DNA of 64,000 nt from an uncultured bacterium (GTDB lineage Bacteria > Desulfobacterota_D > UBA1144 > Nemesobacterales > UBA2774): contig CAVPJU010000003.1 of NCBI GenBank assembly GCA_963705505.1, forward strand, positions 1 to 64,000, in the 5' to 3' direction. Positions 48,265-57,864 of the stretch are shown piece after piece. The notes beneath the pieces are model-generated. The model was not told the DNA's origin. It worked only from the letters and a program-made list of their open reading frames with translations, and ran no database searches. Every line of letters begins with the position of its first letter. Positions within the stretch are counted from its first letter, which is position 1. The translations under genes were made by a program, and so were the position numbers.

Positions 48265-49587
48265 ATGACAAACAAGGGAGAGTCAGGACACCATGTCGTT
48301 ATACTCGGAGGCGGTTTCGGCGGACTTTATGCCGCAAAGGCGCTCTCGCGCGCGGGCATAAAGGTAACCCTCATAGACAAGAGGAACTTCCACCTCTTCC
48401 AGCCGCTCCTCTATCAGGTGGCCGCAGGCTGGCTCTCCCCGGGCGAGATAGCCTCGCCGCTGCGCATGGTGCTCAACAGGTTTAAAAACACCTGCGTATT
48501 CCAGGCCTTAGTGACCGACATATTGCCCGATAAAAAGGAGGTCGTGCTCAAAGACGGGAAGATCGGATACGATACGCTTATTGTCGCGACCGGGTCGAGC
48601 CACCATTATTTCGGACACGAGGAGTGGGCTAAGACCGCGCCCGGGCTTAAGACAGTCGAAGACGCTCTCGAGATGAGGAGAAAGATACTCCTCTCGTTCG
48701 AGGCCGCCGAGCGGGAGCCCGACCCCGCTATTCAAAAAGAGTGGATGACTTTCCTCATCGTCGGTGCAGGCCCCACCGGCGTAGAGCTTGCCGGGACTAT
48801 CGGGGAGCTCACACGCACGACGCTCAAGAACGACTTCAGGAATATCGATACCGGGCAGGCGGAGATCATACTCGTCGAAGGCCGGGACCACGTCCTCCCC
48901 GCCTACCCCGCCCAACTATCGGAGAAGGCGGAGAAAGCGCTCGGCAAATTGGGTGTCAAGATAAGGCTCGACACCATGGTCACGGAGATAAAGGGGAATA
49001 AAGTGATAATAAGCAGGAACGGCGCCCGGGAGGAGATACAGTCGAGGACCATACTCTGGACAGCGGGAGTAAAGGCGTCCCCTCTCGGCAGAGTGCTCCA
49101 TGAAAGAGCCGGAGCGGCGCTCGATAACGGCGGGAGGGTCATCGTCGGGCCCGATCTCACCGTCCCCGGTCACCCGGACATATTCGTCATAGGGGACCTC
49201 GCCAACTTCCCTCACCAGGGCGGAGAGCCGCTGCCCGGAGTCGCCCCGGTCGCGATGCAGGAAGGGAGATACGTCGCGGAGCTGATCGTAAACAGGCTCG
49301 CCGGGAAAGAAACGGAGCCGTTTAAGTACGTGAATAAGGGGAACCTCGCGGTCATAGGGAGGAACGCCGCCGTAGCCGACCTCCCGTGGATGAGGCTCTC
49401 CGGCTTCCCGGCGTGGCTGATTTGGGCATTCGTCCACATAAGCTACCTCATCGAATTCGACAACAAGGTGCTCGTACTCTTCCAGTGGGCGTGGAATTAC
49501 TTCACGAGGAAAAGGGGAGTGAGGCTGATTACGGGCGAGAACCCGTCCTCGCTCATCGAGAATAAAAACGGGAAGGCCACTCAGTGA
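48265..49587 (+). CDS. ndh: Type II NADH dehydrogenase
   Basis: GGGFGGL, FQPLLYQVA, GAGPTGVELAG, WTAGV, AMQEG, HISYLI. Confidence 0.93.
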   Translation: MTNKGESGHHVVILGGGFGGLYAAKALSRAGIKVTLIDKRNFHLFQPLLYQVAAGWLSPGEIASPLRMVLNRFKNTCVFQALVTDILPDKKEVVLKDGKIGYDTLIVATGSSHHYFGHEEWAKTAPGLKTVEDALEMRRKILLSFEAAEREPDPAIQKEWMTFLIVGAGPTGVELAGTIGELTRTTLKNDFRNIDTGQAEIILVEGRDHVLPAYPAQLSEKAEKALGKLGVKIRLDTMVTEIKGNKVIISRNGAREEIQSRTILWTAGVKASPLGRVLHERAGAALDNGGRVIVGPDLTVPGHPDIFVIGDLANFPHQGGEPLPGVAPVAMQEGRYVAELIVNRLAGKETEPFKYVNKGNLAVIGRNAAVADLPWMRLSGFPAWLIWAFVHISYLIEFDNKVLVLFQWAWNYFTRKRGVRLITGENPSSLIENKNGKATQ

Positions 49588-49615
49588 CCGGATTTATAAG
49601 AGGGTTGAGCCGAGC

Positions 49616-50101
49616 TCAGAATTCTCTCCTTCCGAACCCGAACTTCCTCTCCATGTACACGACGCCCCTCAGCGTGGCGAGGGCGATGACGGTAACCCCG
49701 ATGGCCAATAGAATTTTCGAGAGAGCGACGCATATACCGACAGCCGCGACGAAGAGAAGTGCGGCTGCCGTAGTGAGGCCCTTTACCTTGTCCTCAGAGC
49801 CACGCCTGATGATTGTGCCGGCCCCGAGAAAGCTCACGCCCGTAATTATCGCCCCTATGATTCGGAGCGGGTCCGAGCCCAGAGCTACATCACTTAAACC
49901 GAATTGCGGCACCATAAGCTTGCCCAACGACACTAACAGGGCGGCAGAGCCCGCGACGAGCATGTGTGTCCTCAATCCGGCGGGCTTATCCGCAAGCTCG
50001 CGGTCAAGGCCCACGGCAGCTCCCAGCAGCATCGATATGACTACGTAGAGCAGTATTTTTAGCTGAACGGGATTGAAGTCAAATAATCCGGTTATCTCCA
50101 T
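49616..50101 (-). CDS. MgtC/SapB family membrane protein
   Basis: G.DRE....AGLRTH.LV, DPLRI...I.TGV.FLGAG.I, GLTTAA. Confidence 0.9.
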   Translation of the reverse strand: MEITGLFDFNPVQLKILLYVVISMLLGAAVGLDRELADKPAGLRTHMLVAGSAALLVSLGKLMVPQFGLSDVALGSDPLRIIGAIITGVSFLGAGTIIRRGSEDKVKGLTTAAALLFVAAVGICVALSKILLAIGVTVIALATLRGVVYMERKFGFGRREF

Positions 50102-50146
50102 ATTTATGCGCCATGCAACACGGCAGGAATAAAAAAGCCGGTGATG

Positions 50147-50464
50147 TTACTCTCTGTCCAGAAGCTTTCCCGCCAGAACCCCCAGCAGGAAAGCGACCAA
50201 TACGCTCACGAAAGGCTTCTCCGCGATCCTCCGCTCCGCTTTCCCGATCTTGTCCCCGCCTATCCTGCGGGCCGTATCGAGCCCTCCGCCAAGCTCATCA
50301 TAAAGCCTCGACGCCTCCCGTCCGAGCTTCTTATTCCCGGAGGCGTACGCTTTCCGACTCACCTTGAGGAGTCTGTCCGTTATATTGGAGAATTCCGCAC
50401 GGAGTTTGGCGACGTCTTCTCTCAGCACATCGATATTCTCTTTTATGCGGCCGTTATGTTCCAT
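50147..50464 (-). CDS. DUF883/ElaB/YqjD-like membrane-anchored protein
   Basis: Coiled N-terminus, I.EKPFVSVLVAFLLGVLAG tail; start at ATG 50464. Confidence 0.75.
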   Translation of the reverse strand: MEHNGRIKENIDVLREDVAKLRAEFSNITDRLLKVSRKAYASGNKKLGREASRLYDELGGGLDTARRIGGDKIGKAERRIAEKPFVSVLVAFLLGVLAGKLLDRE

Positions 50465-50623
50465 TATTTTCTCCCTCTTACTAATCAGTATGGAACTTCG
50501 AGTCATGAGTGTCAAGAAAAATTAAGTGAGGCAGGGGGATTAAGGGGCGGAGGGTTAAAGGCTGCGAAATGCAGGGCTTGCAGAGGAGTAACGAAGATAT
50601 CGTAGATGTGTGTAGAGTCTTCG

Positions 50624-50679
50624 CCCTTCGACAGGCTCCCGACTTCGCTAAAGCTACGCCGGACAAGCAGGACGAACGG
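50624..50679. repeat. REP-like element interrupted by a second palindromic element
   Basis: cccttcgacaggctc [ccgacttcgctaaagctacgccggacaag] caggacgaacgg, compared with the intact copy at 38269. Confidence 0.6.
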
Positions 50680-50797
50680 ACCGGACTTCGGTTGCTGGCT
50701 GAGGCAATGGAGCAAGGTAGAAACCGTAAAAGGACACTATGTGTCTGTGTTTGACTTTAGCCAAGATTATCTGTACTTTATTGATTGAGGAGCGTAT

Positions 50798-51040
50798 ATG
50801 ATAGGCGGACTTGGCATTTGGGAATTATTAATAATACTTGTGATTCTCCTGTTGATTTTCGGGCCCAGCAGGCTCGGGGATCTCGGGTCTTCACTCGGGA
50901 AGGGGATAAGGGGTTTCAGGAAATCCATGAAGGACGATGAAATAGACGTCACTCCCAAAAAGGAAGACTCGAAACAGATAAACGACCCTGACCTAGAGAC
51001 CACGGGCACACCTTCCGAAAGCAAAAAGAACGTACAATAA
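50798..51040 (+). CDS. tatA: Twin-arginine translocase TatA/E
   Basis: GLGIWELLIILVILLLIFGP.RL..LG..LG.GIR.FRK. Confidence 0.93.
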   Translation: MIGGLGIWELLIILVILLLIFGPSRLGDLGSSLGKGIRGFRKSMKDDEIDVTPKKEDSKQINDPDLETTGTPSESKKNVQ

Positions 51041-51200
51041 TCCCACTAGACTAACGGATTAATAAAGTTGTATAATTATTAACTGCCGTAGCTCTTCGTG
51101 GCGGTAGACTGCGGCATGATCCGTCTGAACCCGGCACTCCGGGAACGGATATCAAAATATACAAATAACGATTAAGTTTCGTTCTGTTTACGGCGGGATT

Positions 51201-51671
51201 ATGCAATCAGATTGTCCTATTGATAAGCCGAAGCCAGACCAGAGAGATCTGTATATATACAATCTTCTCGAATTGGTCTGTATTTCGCTGATAATCCTGA
51301 CCGGACCCGTAATCGCGACCCACCCGGTGCTGATTTTTATCGAAATTTCGAGTATATGGCTAGTGCTGTGGGTGGTCTGGACACACAGGGTAAGTAAATT
51401 CTATATATCCACGGACCTGCCGTCCAGGACCAGGTTCGTAGCCAAAGGGCCTTACTATTTGGTAAGGTACCCGATGTACACCGCTCTCCTCCTCATAACC
51501 CTCGTCCTTATACTCGATCATTTTGAAACCTACAGGCTCGCGCTCTGGTTTATACTGCTCGTGGTGTTCCTGATGGATATAAGGTTCGAGGAGAAGGTTT
51601 TTTCTTCCTATTTCAGCGACTATTCGCTCTACAGGGACAGCACCTACCGTCTCGTGCCTTATGTGTATTGA
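51201..51671 (+). CDS. Isoprenylcysteine carboxyl methyltransferase/PEMT family membrane protein
   Basis: GPYYLVRYPMY, EEK....F.DY..Y...T.RLVP. Confidence 0.8.
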   Translation: MQSDCPIDKPKPDQRDLYIYNLLELVCISLIILTGPVIATHPVLIFIEISSIWLVLWVVWTHRVSKFYISTDLPSRTRFVAKGPYYLVRYPMYTALLLITLVLILDHFETYRLALWFILLVVFLMDIRFEEKVFSSYFSDYSLYRDSTYRLVPYVY

Positions 51672-51720
51672 TGGGCGACGGAAGGTCGGTAGAAACCGTA
51701 CATGAGCGCAGATTCTGCGC

Positions 51721-51805
51721 CCGTTCATCCCGAGGAATTAGCCTGTCCTGAGCTTGTCGCTCGTCCCGGCGAAGTCCCGGGCCGGAGCCGGGAAGGGTCG
51801 AAGGA
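51721..51805. repeat. Nested REP-like elements between convergent genes
   Basis: ccgttcatcccgag...cctgtcctgagcttgtc[...]gaagggtcgaagga is the reverse-orientation relative of the 38269 element, with inserts. Confidence 0.55.
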
Positions 51806-51824
51806 TAGATGATAGGATGTGGTG

Positions 51825-53114
51825 TTAAGCCCACTCCCCCATGGACTTCCTTTCGAAGGGGCACCTGCCGAGCTTTACGTGCTCCTCGAACTCATGGCGG
51901 AATTTCTTCACTATAGACTCGACGGGCATCGCGCATCCGTCGGCGAGAGCGCAGATCGTCGTCCCCCTCATCTGAAAACACGCGTCGAGAAGCGTGTCTA
52001 TGTGCTCCATCCTCCCCTTCCCCTCTTCTATCGTCGTGAGCATCTTCTCTAACCACCACGTACCTTCCCTGCACTGTACGCACTGGCCGCAGGACTCGTC
52101 CCTGTAGAAGTGCGCGAGGTTCTGAGCGACCCTGACCATGCAGGTGGAATCGTCCATCACCGTCACGCCCGCAGTGCCGAGCATCGAGCCGACAGCCGCG
52201 AGGGAATCGAAGTCCATCGTCATATCGAGCTCGTCAGCGGTAAGGACGGAAGCGGAAGAGCCTCCCGGAGAGACCGCTTTCACGCTCCTGCCTTTGGGTA
52301 TGCCTTCGCCGTACTCATTGATAAGCTCGCGCAGCGTAATACCGAGAGGCAGCTCGTAGAGTCCGGGCTTGTTGATGTTGCCGCAGAGGCCGTAGATCTT
52401 GGTGCCCGTGTTCTTGGGTATGCCTATCGAAGAAAACCATTCGGCGCCCCTGTTGATAATGTGCGGGACGCATGCGAGCGTCTCGACGTTGTTTATGATG
52501 GTCGGGCATCCGAAGAGGCCTATCTGCGCGGGGAACGGAGGCTTGGGCCTCGGCTCGCCGTTCTTTCCCTCTATGGATTCGAGGAGTCCCGTCTCCTCGC
52601 CGCAAATATATGCGCCCGCGCCCCTGAAGAGCACGACGTCGAGGTCAAAGCCCGAGTTGAGTATGTTCTTCCCGAGATACCCCTTGTCGTACGCCTCCCT
52701 GATCGCACCCTCTACGATCTTCGCGCCGTAGGGCATCTCTCCCCTGATGTATATGTAGGACTTGTGCGAATTGATCGTGTAGCAGCCGATTATAATCCCT
52801 TCCAGCATCTGGTGAGGGTCCTGCTCCAGTATTTCCCTGTCCTTGAAGCTGCCGGGCTCGCTCTCGTCCGCGTTGCAGCAGAGATAAATAGGCTTTTTGG
52901 AATCCCTCTGTATGAAGCCCCACTTCACCCCGGTCGGGAACCCTGCCCCTCCCCGTCCCCTGAGCCCCGCTTTCTTTATCTCCTCCACTATCTCCCCGGG
53001 CTGCATCTTGAGCGCCTTCGGGAGCGCCGTGTAGCCTCCGCGGGAGATGTAGGAGCTGATCGTATGTGAATCCGGCACATCGACGTACGTGCGTATTATT
53101 CTCAATTCGGGCAT
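51825..53114 (-). CDS. nuoF: NADH-quinone oxidoreductase subunit F
   Basis: GLRGRGGAGFPTG.KW, NADESEPG.FKDR, GAGAYICGEETGL, ESCGQCVQCREG, TICAL. Confidence 0.95.
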   Translation of the reverse strand: MPELRIIRTYVDVPDSHTISSYISRGGYTALPKALKMQPGEIVEEIKKAGLRGRGGAGFPTGVKWGFIQRDSKKPIYLCCNADESEPGSFKDREILEQDPHQMLEGIIIGCYTINSHKSYIYIRGEMPYGAKIVEGAIREAYDKGYLGKNILNSGFDLDVVLFRGAGAYICGEETGLLESIEGKNGEPRPKPPFPAQIGLFGCPTIINNVETLACVPHIINRGAEWFSSIGIPKNTGTKIYGLCGNINKPGLYELPLGITLRELINEYGEGIPKGRSVKAVSPGGSSASVLTADELDMTMDFDSLAAVGSMLGTAGVTVMDDSTCMVRVAQNLAHFYRDESCGQCVQCREGTWWLEKMLTTIEEGKGRMEHIDTLLDACFQMRGTTICALADGCAMPVESIVKKFRHEFEEHVKLGRCPFERKSMGEWA

Positions 53115-53214
53115 GAGTTACCCCTGTGTAAATTTCTGATCCTGAGTAATTTACACGGGATTTTTTAACCTTGCCAAATTTTATGGAGCGCAATAAACGA
53201 GAATCTGCATACCC

Positions 53215-54420
53215 TCAGCCCAGCAGCGTATCCACCGTATGACGGGCGAAGGCCATTGAGCACGTAAACGCTGGGGATATCGCGTTCAATATATGGAGCG
53301 AATCGCCTTCCTTTATTATTACGAAGTCGGTTACGAGTTTTTTCGCCGGCCAATCGACGAGCTGGGGGCGTATGCCGCACTTTGGAGTATCTTCTACATC
53401 GCTTATGCTTATCTCAGGCAGAAGCCCCCTCGCCTCTTTCAGCAATGTCTCGGCGGAATACTTTCTGATCTCCGTCAGCGCAGCCGCTCTGAACCCCTCG
53501 TTCGTGAAAAACATCACGCCGTCCCTGTAGAGTATCGAAAGAGATTCGAGAGAGAGGTCATCGAGAAACCCGTATTCCTCCCTGCCGAGAACAGGGATCG
53601 CCGTAGGACCAATGTACACGTCGTCATGGGCGCTCCTCGTGAAATGCACTCCGAGGAATGGGTTCCTCAAGTCGGGTACGGGATAAATGTTCCCCCTGAC
53701 GAGGTAGGACTTTTCCTTTTTCAGTTTCTTATACGTGCCCTTGAACGGCAGCACCCTGTAATTACCGCCTATCCCGAACGCAGCCGCCACCCTGTCGGCA
53801 AAAGTCCCCGCCGCGTTGACGAGATTACCGAAGGCGATATTCCCCGCACTTGTGACAGCAGTGCGCGAACCTTGGAGTCCGAGGAAAGATGTCCCGAAGA
53901 GGAACTTAACGCAGCCCCCTTCTTCGAGCTCTCTTTTGATTTCGTTAAGTATTTGGACGGGGTCTATGACTGCGGTGTCGGGGGAATATAGGGCTTTTTC
54001 TCTCGGCGCGGCGTACGGCTCGATCTCGAGCAGCTCCTTTCTGTCGATGAGGAAAGACCTCGCCCCGCATGAATCGGCACGGCGCTTAAGCTCATCGAGC
54101 GCGTCTTCCTTCTCGCCGCTGTCGGGCACTATCACCTTCCCGCTTTCTTTGAGCGTGAGCCCCCTTTCGCGGCAGTATTCCTTCATCAGCCGGTTGCCCT
54201 CGACGCAGAACCTGGCTTTGTTCGTCCCCGGCGAGTAATAGATCCCCGCGTGGAGCACTCCGCTATTCCTGCCGCTCGCGTGAGCGCCGAGCCCCGGCTC
54301 CTTCTCTATTACGAGAATATCGTCAGCCCCGCGCCTGACGAGCTCCCGCGCCGTAGCGAGGCCCGTTATCCCCGCGCCGACGATGAGAATATTGCAGCTC
54401 TCTACCTTATGCGCGCTCAT
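53215..54420 (-). CDS. lhgO: L-2-hydroxyglutarate oxidase family FAD oxidoreductase
   Basis: GAGITG, HASGRNSGVLHAGIYY, IYPVPD...PFLGVHFT, GIRPQ, NAISPAFT. Confidence 0.88.
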   Translation of the reverse strand: MSAHKVESCNILIVGAGITGLATARELVRRGADDILVIEKEPGLGAHASGRNSGVLHAGIYYSPGTNKARFCVEGNRLMKEYCRERGLTLKESGKVIVPDSGEKEDALDELKRRADSCGARSFLIDRKELLEIEPYAAPREKALYSPDTAVIDPVQILNEIKRELEEGGCVKFLFGTSFLGLQGSRTAVTSAGNIAFGNLVNAAGTFADRVAAAFGIGGNYRVLPFKGTYKKLKKEKSYLVRGNIYPVPDLRNPFLGVHFTRSAHDDVYIGPTAIPVLGREEYGFLDDLSLESLSILYRDGVMFFTNEGFRAAALTEIRKYSAETLLKEARGLLPEISISDVEDTPKCGIRPQLVDWPAKKLVTDFVIIKEGDSLHILNAISPAFTCSMAFARHTVDTLLG

Positions 54421-54460
54421 ACTCGGTTTCTTCCCTACTCCGCATCATGCCTAATAATAA

Positions 54461-54545
54461 TGTCATTGCGAGGGAGCGTATGTGGCGACCGCGGCAATCT
54501 CATAAAAGGCGAGATCGCCACGTAGCTTCGCTACTCGCGATGACA
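54461..54545. repeat. Long REP-like inverted repeat (gtcattgcgag...ctcgcgatgac family)
   Basis: tgtcattgcgag...gcggcaatctc...gagatcgccacg...ctcgcgatgaca; second copy at ~60761-60849. Confidence 0.7.
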
Positions 54546-54564
54546 GAAAAAAGAGGTGCCCCGC

Positions 54565-55482
54565 TTAGTCTTTCTTCCTCTTCCGCCCGCTCACAGATTT
54601 CAACAACCATCCGACGATTGTGTCCACGGTGAAGGAGGGGTTTTCCATGCAGTCGTGCTTGGCCCCGGGGATGAACGATAGTTCAGCTTTTTTGTTCCCC
54701 GATTTTTTCAGTATGCCGAGAAGCTCCTGAACTTCCTCCGCCGCGACGACGTCGTCCCTCTCCCCGTGTATGAACAGCACCGGGACCTTCACGCCCGGAA
54801 TTATCTCGTTCGTCTTCGCGTTGAGCGCCTCGGGGCTCCTCATGTACCACCACGTCCTGTAAGTGAACATCTCAGCGTCAGACGGGTTGAACGAAGGCCC
54901 CCACGCCCTGTACACGATGAATATCCTGTCGTTCTTAGTCTCCGAAGGGTCGTGGCTGAGCACCTTTTTCGCTATATCGTATATGTGCTCGTAGGAGGGG
55001 ATGCTATTCCACTTATCGAGCCTCCGCTTGTGGGAGAGCGGCAGGGACGAGGAGCACCCTTCGAGAATAAGCCCTTTCACGTTCTTATGCGCCCCGCGAA
55101 CGGCGTAATATACGGTGATATTCGCCCCGAGGCTCCAGCCGAGGACATAGATTTTTTTAAAGCCTTCACCGACGAGGGCATCGACCGCGGCTTCTATGTC
55201 GAGGACCGAGTCGTCGAATATGCCTCCCCCGAATATCTGGCCCGTGAACGCGAGTCTTGTATTTATAGACAGCGAGCTAATACCCCGCTCGACGAGCGCG
55301 TTCGGGAGGAGTCTCGGAGTCCCCCTCGCGAGGAAATGCCCGAGCACCCCGTGGACGAGGAGCACTATGGGAGAGTTATAGAGGTCTTTTTCCTTTTTGA
55401 ATTCGCCCGACACGAGGACCGCGTTTATAAGAAAACCGTCCGCGGCGTTAAAGGTGAGTAGTCTTCTTTGTCTCGGAACCAT
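54565..55482 (-). CDS. Alpha/beta hydrolase
   Basis: LVHG, nucleophile elbow GWSLG, IHGERDD, GAKH. Confidence 0.8.
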   Translation of the reverse strand: MVPRQRRLLTFNAADGFLINAVLVSGEFKKEKDLYNSPIVLLVHGVLGHFLARGTPRLLPNALVERGISSLSINTRLAFTGQIFGGGIFDDSVLDIEAAVDALVGEGFKKIYVLGWSLGANITVYYAVRGAHKNVKGLILEGCSSSLPLSHKRRLDKWNSIPSYEHIYDIAKKVLSHDPSETKNDRIFIVYRAWGPSFNPSDAEMFTYRTWWYMRSPEALNAKTNEIIPGVKVPVLFIHGERDDVVAAEEVQELLGILKKSGNKKAELSFIPGAKHDCMENPSFTVDTIVGWLLKSVSGRKRKKD

Positions 55483-55497
55483 TTTGCGGCATCCCCG

Positions 55498-56418
55498 CTA
55501 GCTTTTGAATCTCTTGTCGAGCCACCTGACGATGATCTCCCCGAGCTCTTCTTCTTTGCCCTCGAACGTGTGCCCCGCGTTTACGTAGAAAGCGGAGACG
55601 TCCTGGTTTCCCGCCTGTATCGCGATGTCGGCGAGCCTGTGCGTCTCCTCGGGCTTTACGACGTCGTCATACCAGCCCTGTATCAGGAGGAGCGGCAGCT
55701 TTATCCTCTCCATCTTGAGATACGCTTTGGCGGTGTCGGCCTCGGGCCCGGCGAGGAACCACCACGTCTTATACGTGTAGATCTCGGTGTGCCAGGGGAG
55801 GTAGGTGTTCCCCCGGCCTTTATAAATCAGGATCGTGCGGTCGTGCTGTGAATTATAAGGGTCGGGCTTCAGTATCTCCTTCGACTCTTCATATACCTCG
55901 TCGTAGGATGGCTCGCTCCTCCACCTGTTCCAGCGCTTCCTTATGGACTCGGGCATCGAATAGGGAGTGGCGAGCGACATGACTCCTTTCAGGTGCGGGT
56001 ACCGCTCGGGGTCGTTCCTGAGATACGCGTACCTGAGCACTATGCACGTGCCGAGGCTGTAGCCGGAAATTATGATTTTTTTATACCCCATGCCGACCAG
56101 GTAATCGACGGCGCTGTCTATCTGCGGCATCACGTCGTCTATTATCCCGTAGCCGAAGAAGAGGCCGAAGTTAGCCATGCGTGTGTTTATGGCGAGGGAG
56201 GAATAGCCGCCCTCGGCGAGTATCGGAGGGAGGAATCGCTGGCTCCCGTCGAGGAAATTCCCGAGGAAGCCGTGGACATGGACAATCGCCGTGTCCTTTT
56301 CCGGAAGACGGTCGTCCCTGACAGTGCTGTGGTAGTAGAGGGCGTCTATCTTGCCGTCGCCCGAGGGTATGGACACAAGCTCCTGCTCCATGTATTTCAT
56401 ATCAGTATCCGCACACAC
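55498..56418 (-). CDS. Alpha/beta hydrolase, paralog of the neighbouring gene
   Basis: HVHG, GYSLG, IQGWYDD, AGH; shares PSY..(I/V)Y and TY(R/K)TWW...PEA with 54565-55482; true start may be 56400. Confidence 0.8.
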   Translation of the reverse strand: MCADTDMKYMEQELVSIPSGDGKIDALYYHSTVRDDRLPEKDTAIVHVHGFLGNFLDGSQRFLPPILAEGGYSSLAINTRMANFGLFFGYGIIDDVMPQIDSAVDYLVGMGYKKIIISGYSLGTCIVLRYAYLRNDPERYPHLKGVMSLATPYSMPESIRKRWNRWRSEPSYDEVYEESKEILKPDPYNSQHDRTILIYKGRGNTYLPWHTEIYTYKTWWFLAGPEADTAKAYLKMERIKLPLLLIQGWYDDVVKPEETHRLADIAIQAGNQDVSAFYVNAGHTFEGKEEELGEIIVRWLDKRFKS

Positions 56419-56669
56419 AATGTTCGCTTATACATGATTTCCGCATTAATCTTCTGCCTAGCCGATAAGAGCGTCATGTGCCTGTGCCGTTCTTATTCTG
56501 TGCATTTCCGAATATCATATAGAAAAGCATTGTTTAAAATCCACCCTAACCCTCCTTTACGAAAGGAGGGAAATAAAAGACGAGAAAAATTATCTCTATT
56601 TTAGCAGAGATTTCGGTTCGGAGAATAGCTGAGGAAATAATTGAGGAAGTAGTTAGTCACGGACGGAAT

Positions 56670-56888
56670 TCAAACAGGCTCGGAAAAATAACTGCCGGGC
56701 TCGCTTATCACCCTGTCGGCGAAGTGCTTGGCCTCTTCCCAGGTGGACGACTTCCCGAGCTCAAGCACCCTTTTCGATAAAACGCCCTGCGCGAAAAGGG
56801 TCTTCGTCTTCGGGTCCCAGATTATCTGCCAGTTGTCCTGGCCGGCCCCCCTCACCCAGCCGAAGGGAAATGTTCCGACTTCGCCCAA
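56670..56888 (-). CDS. Small hypothetical protein
   Basis: 72-aa ORF with protein-like composition, TTG start, GGAG upstream. Confidence 0.55.
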   Translation of the reverse strand: MGEVGTFPFGWVRGAGQDNWQIIWDPKTKTLFAQGVLSKRVLELGKSSTWEEAKHFADRVISEPGSYFSEPV

Positions 56889-56977
56889 TTATGAATACTC
56901 CGGTACTGAGGATTAGCACCCGGTCTCGGGTGCGCAAGAGTAAATTATTACCAATCCGGCTTTTGTCAAGCCGAGGG

Positions 56978-57724
56978 TTAATGTATCTCCCTCACGACTT
57001 CCCTCGTACCCATGGGGTTCGTGAAGACGACCTGCGTGAAGCCGCAATCCTTCATCCTCTCCATTGCCGTCCTGCCGTCAGACACGGTAAGCAGGAACGG
57101 CGCGATGAACGACTTCTGAAAAGGGCAGTTGAGGCATGTGAAAACTATGACCTCGTTCAAGTCCCCCCTCGATGAAATCCGGATAGTGGGATAGTCCTTC
57201 TGGTACTGCGCGCTCCAGTCGTTTATGCAGACAAGCCTGTTCGGGTCCGGGAATACTTTCGGCACTTCGACGACGATCGCCTCGGACCCCCTCATCCCCT
57301 TGAATACCGCCTGTGTGAAGCCGCATTCATGGAGCCTCATCATCCCTGTTTCCCCCCTGTACTCGGTCTCGAGGAACGGCTTTACAAAATGCTCGTCGAG
57401 GCTGCAGTCGGGACAGTGAAATACCGCGATCTCGTTATAGTGCCCCCTCGTAGTCACTTCGATATCCGCCTTCTGCCCCTTATAAAGCTTCGTCCACTGC
57501 TCGGCGCAGTAAAGACGCTGAGGCTCGGGCTCGATATCAGCCTCTTCAACTTTCTCCGCCTCTCCCATGGTCTCGACCGGAGCGTTCTCAGCGCGATGAG
57601 AATGCTTGGCGGTACCGGCCGCGTGGGATTTCGTGATGCCGTAACCGCATAGGAACACCGCTATTAATGTAAAACTCAAGAGACTATGGATATGCCTCAT
57701 TCCAGTCATCCTCCTCTGTTCCAC
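56978..57724 (-). CDS. Secreted hypothetical protein with two tandem 4-Cys repeats
   Basis: Signal peptide; repeats LYCAEQW..TRG..NE.AVFHCPDC...F..PFL...ECGFTQAVF and LVCINDW..SRG..NE.IVFTCLNC...F..PFL...DCGFTQVVF. Confidence 0.7.
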   Translation of the reverse strand: MEQRRMTGMRHIHSLLSFTLIAVFLCGYGITKSHAAGTAKHSHRAENAPVETMGEAEKVEEADIEPEPQRLYCAEQWTKLYKGQKADIEVTTRGHYNEIAVFHCPDCSLDEHFVKPFLETEYRGETGMMRLHECGFTQAVFKGMRGSEAIVVEVPKVFPDPNRLVCINDWSAQYQKDYPTIRISSRGDLNEVIVFTCLNCPFQKSFIAPFLLTVSDGRTAMERMKDCGFTQVVFTNPMGTREVVREIH

Positions 57725-57864
57725 TTATTTTACAGCATTTCGAGGATATATGGAATACCTTATAGTAATACATTAATTTCGCCCTAAAACCTACGGGGGA
57801 TAAAGGAGGAATACTATTTTGTCCGGCATGTCCCGCTTAAGCTAAAATGTACGGAGCCGGGCAC

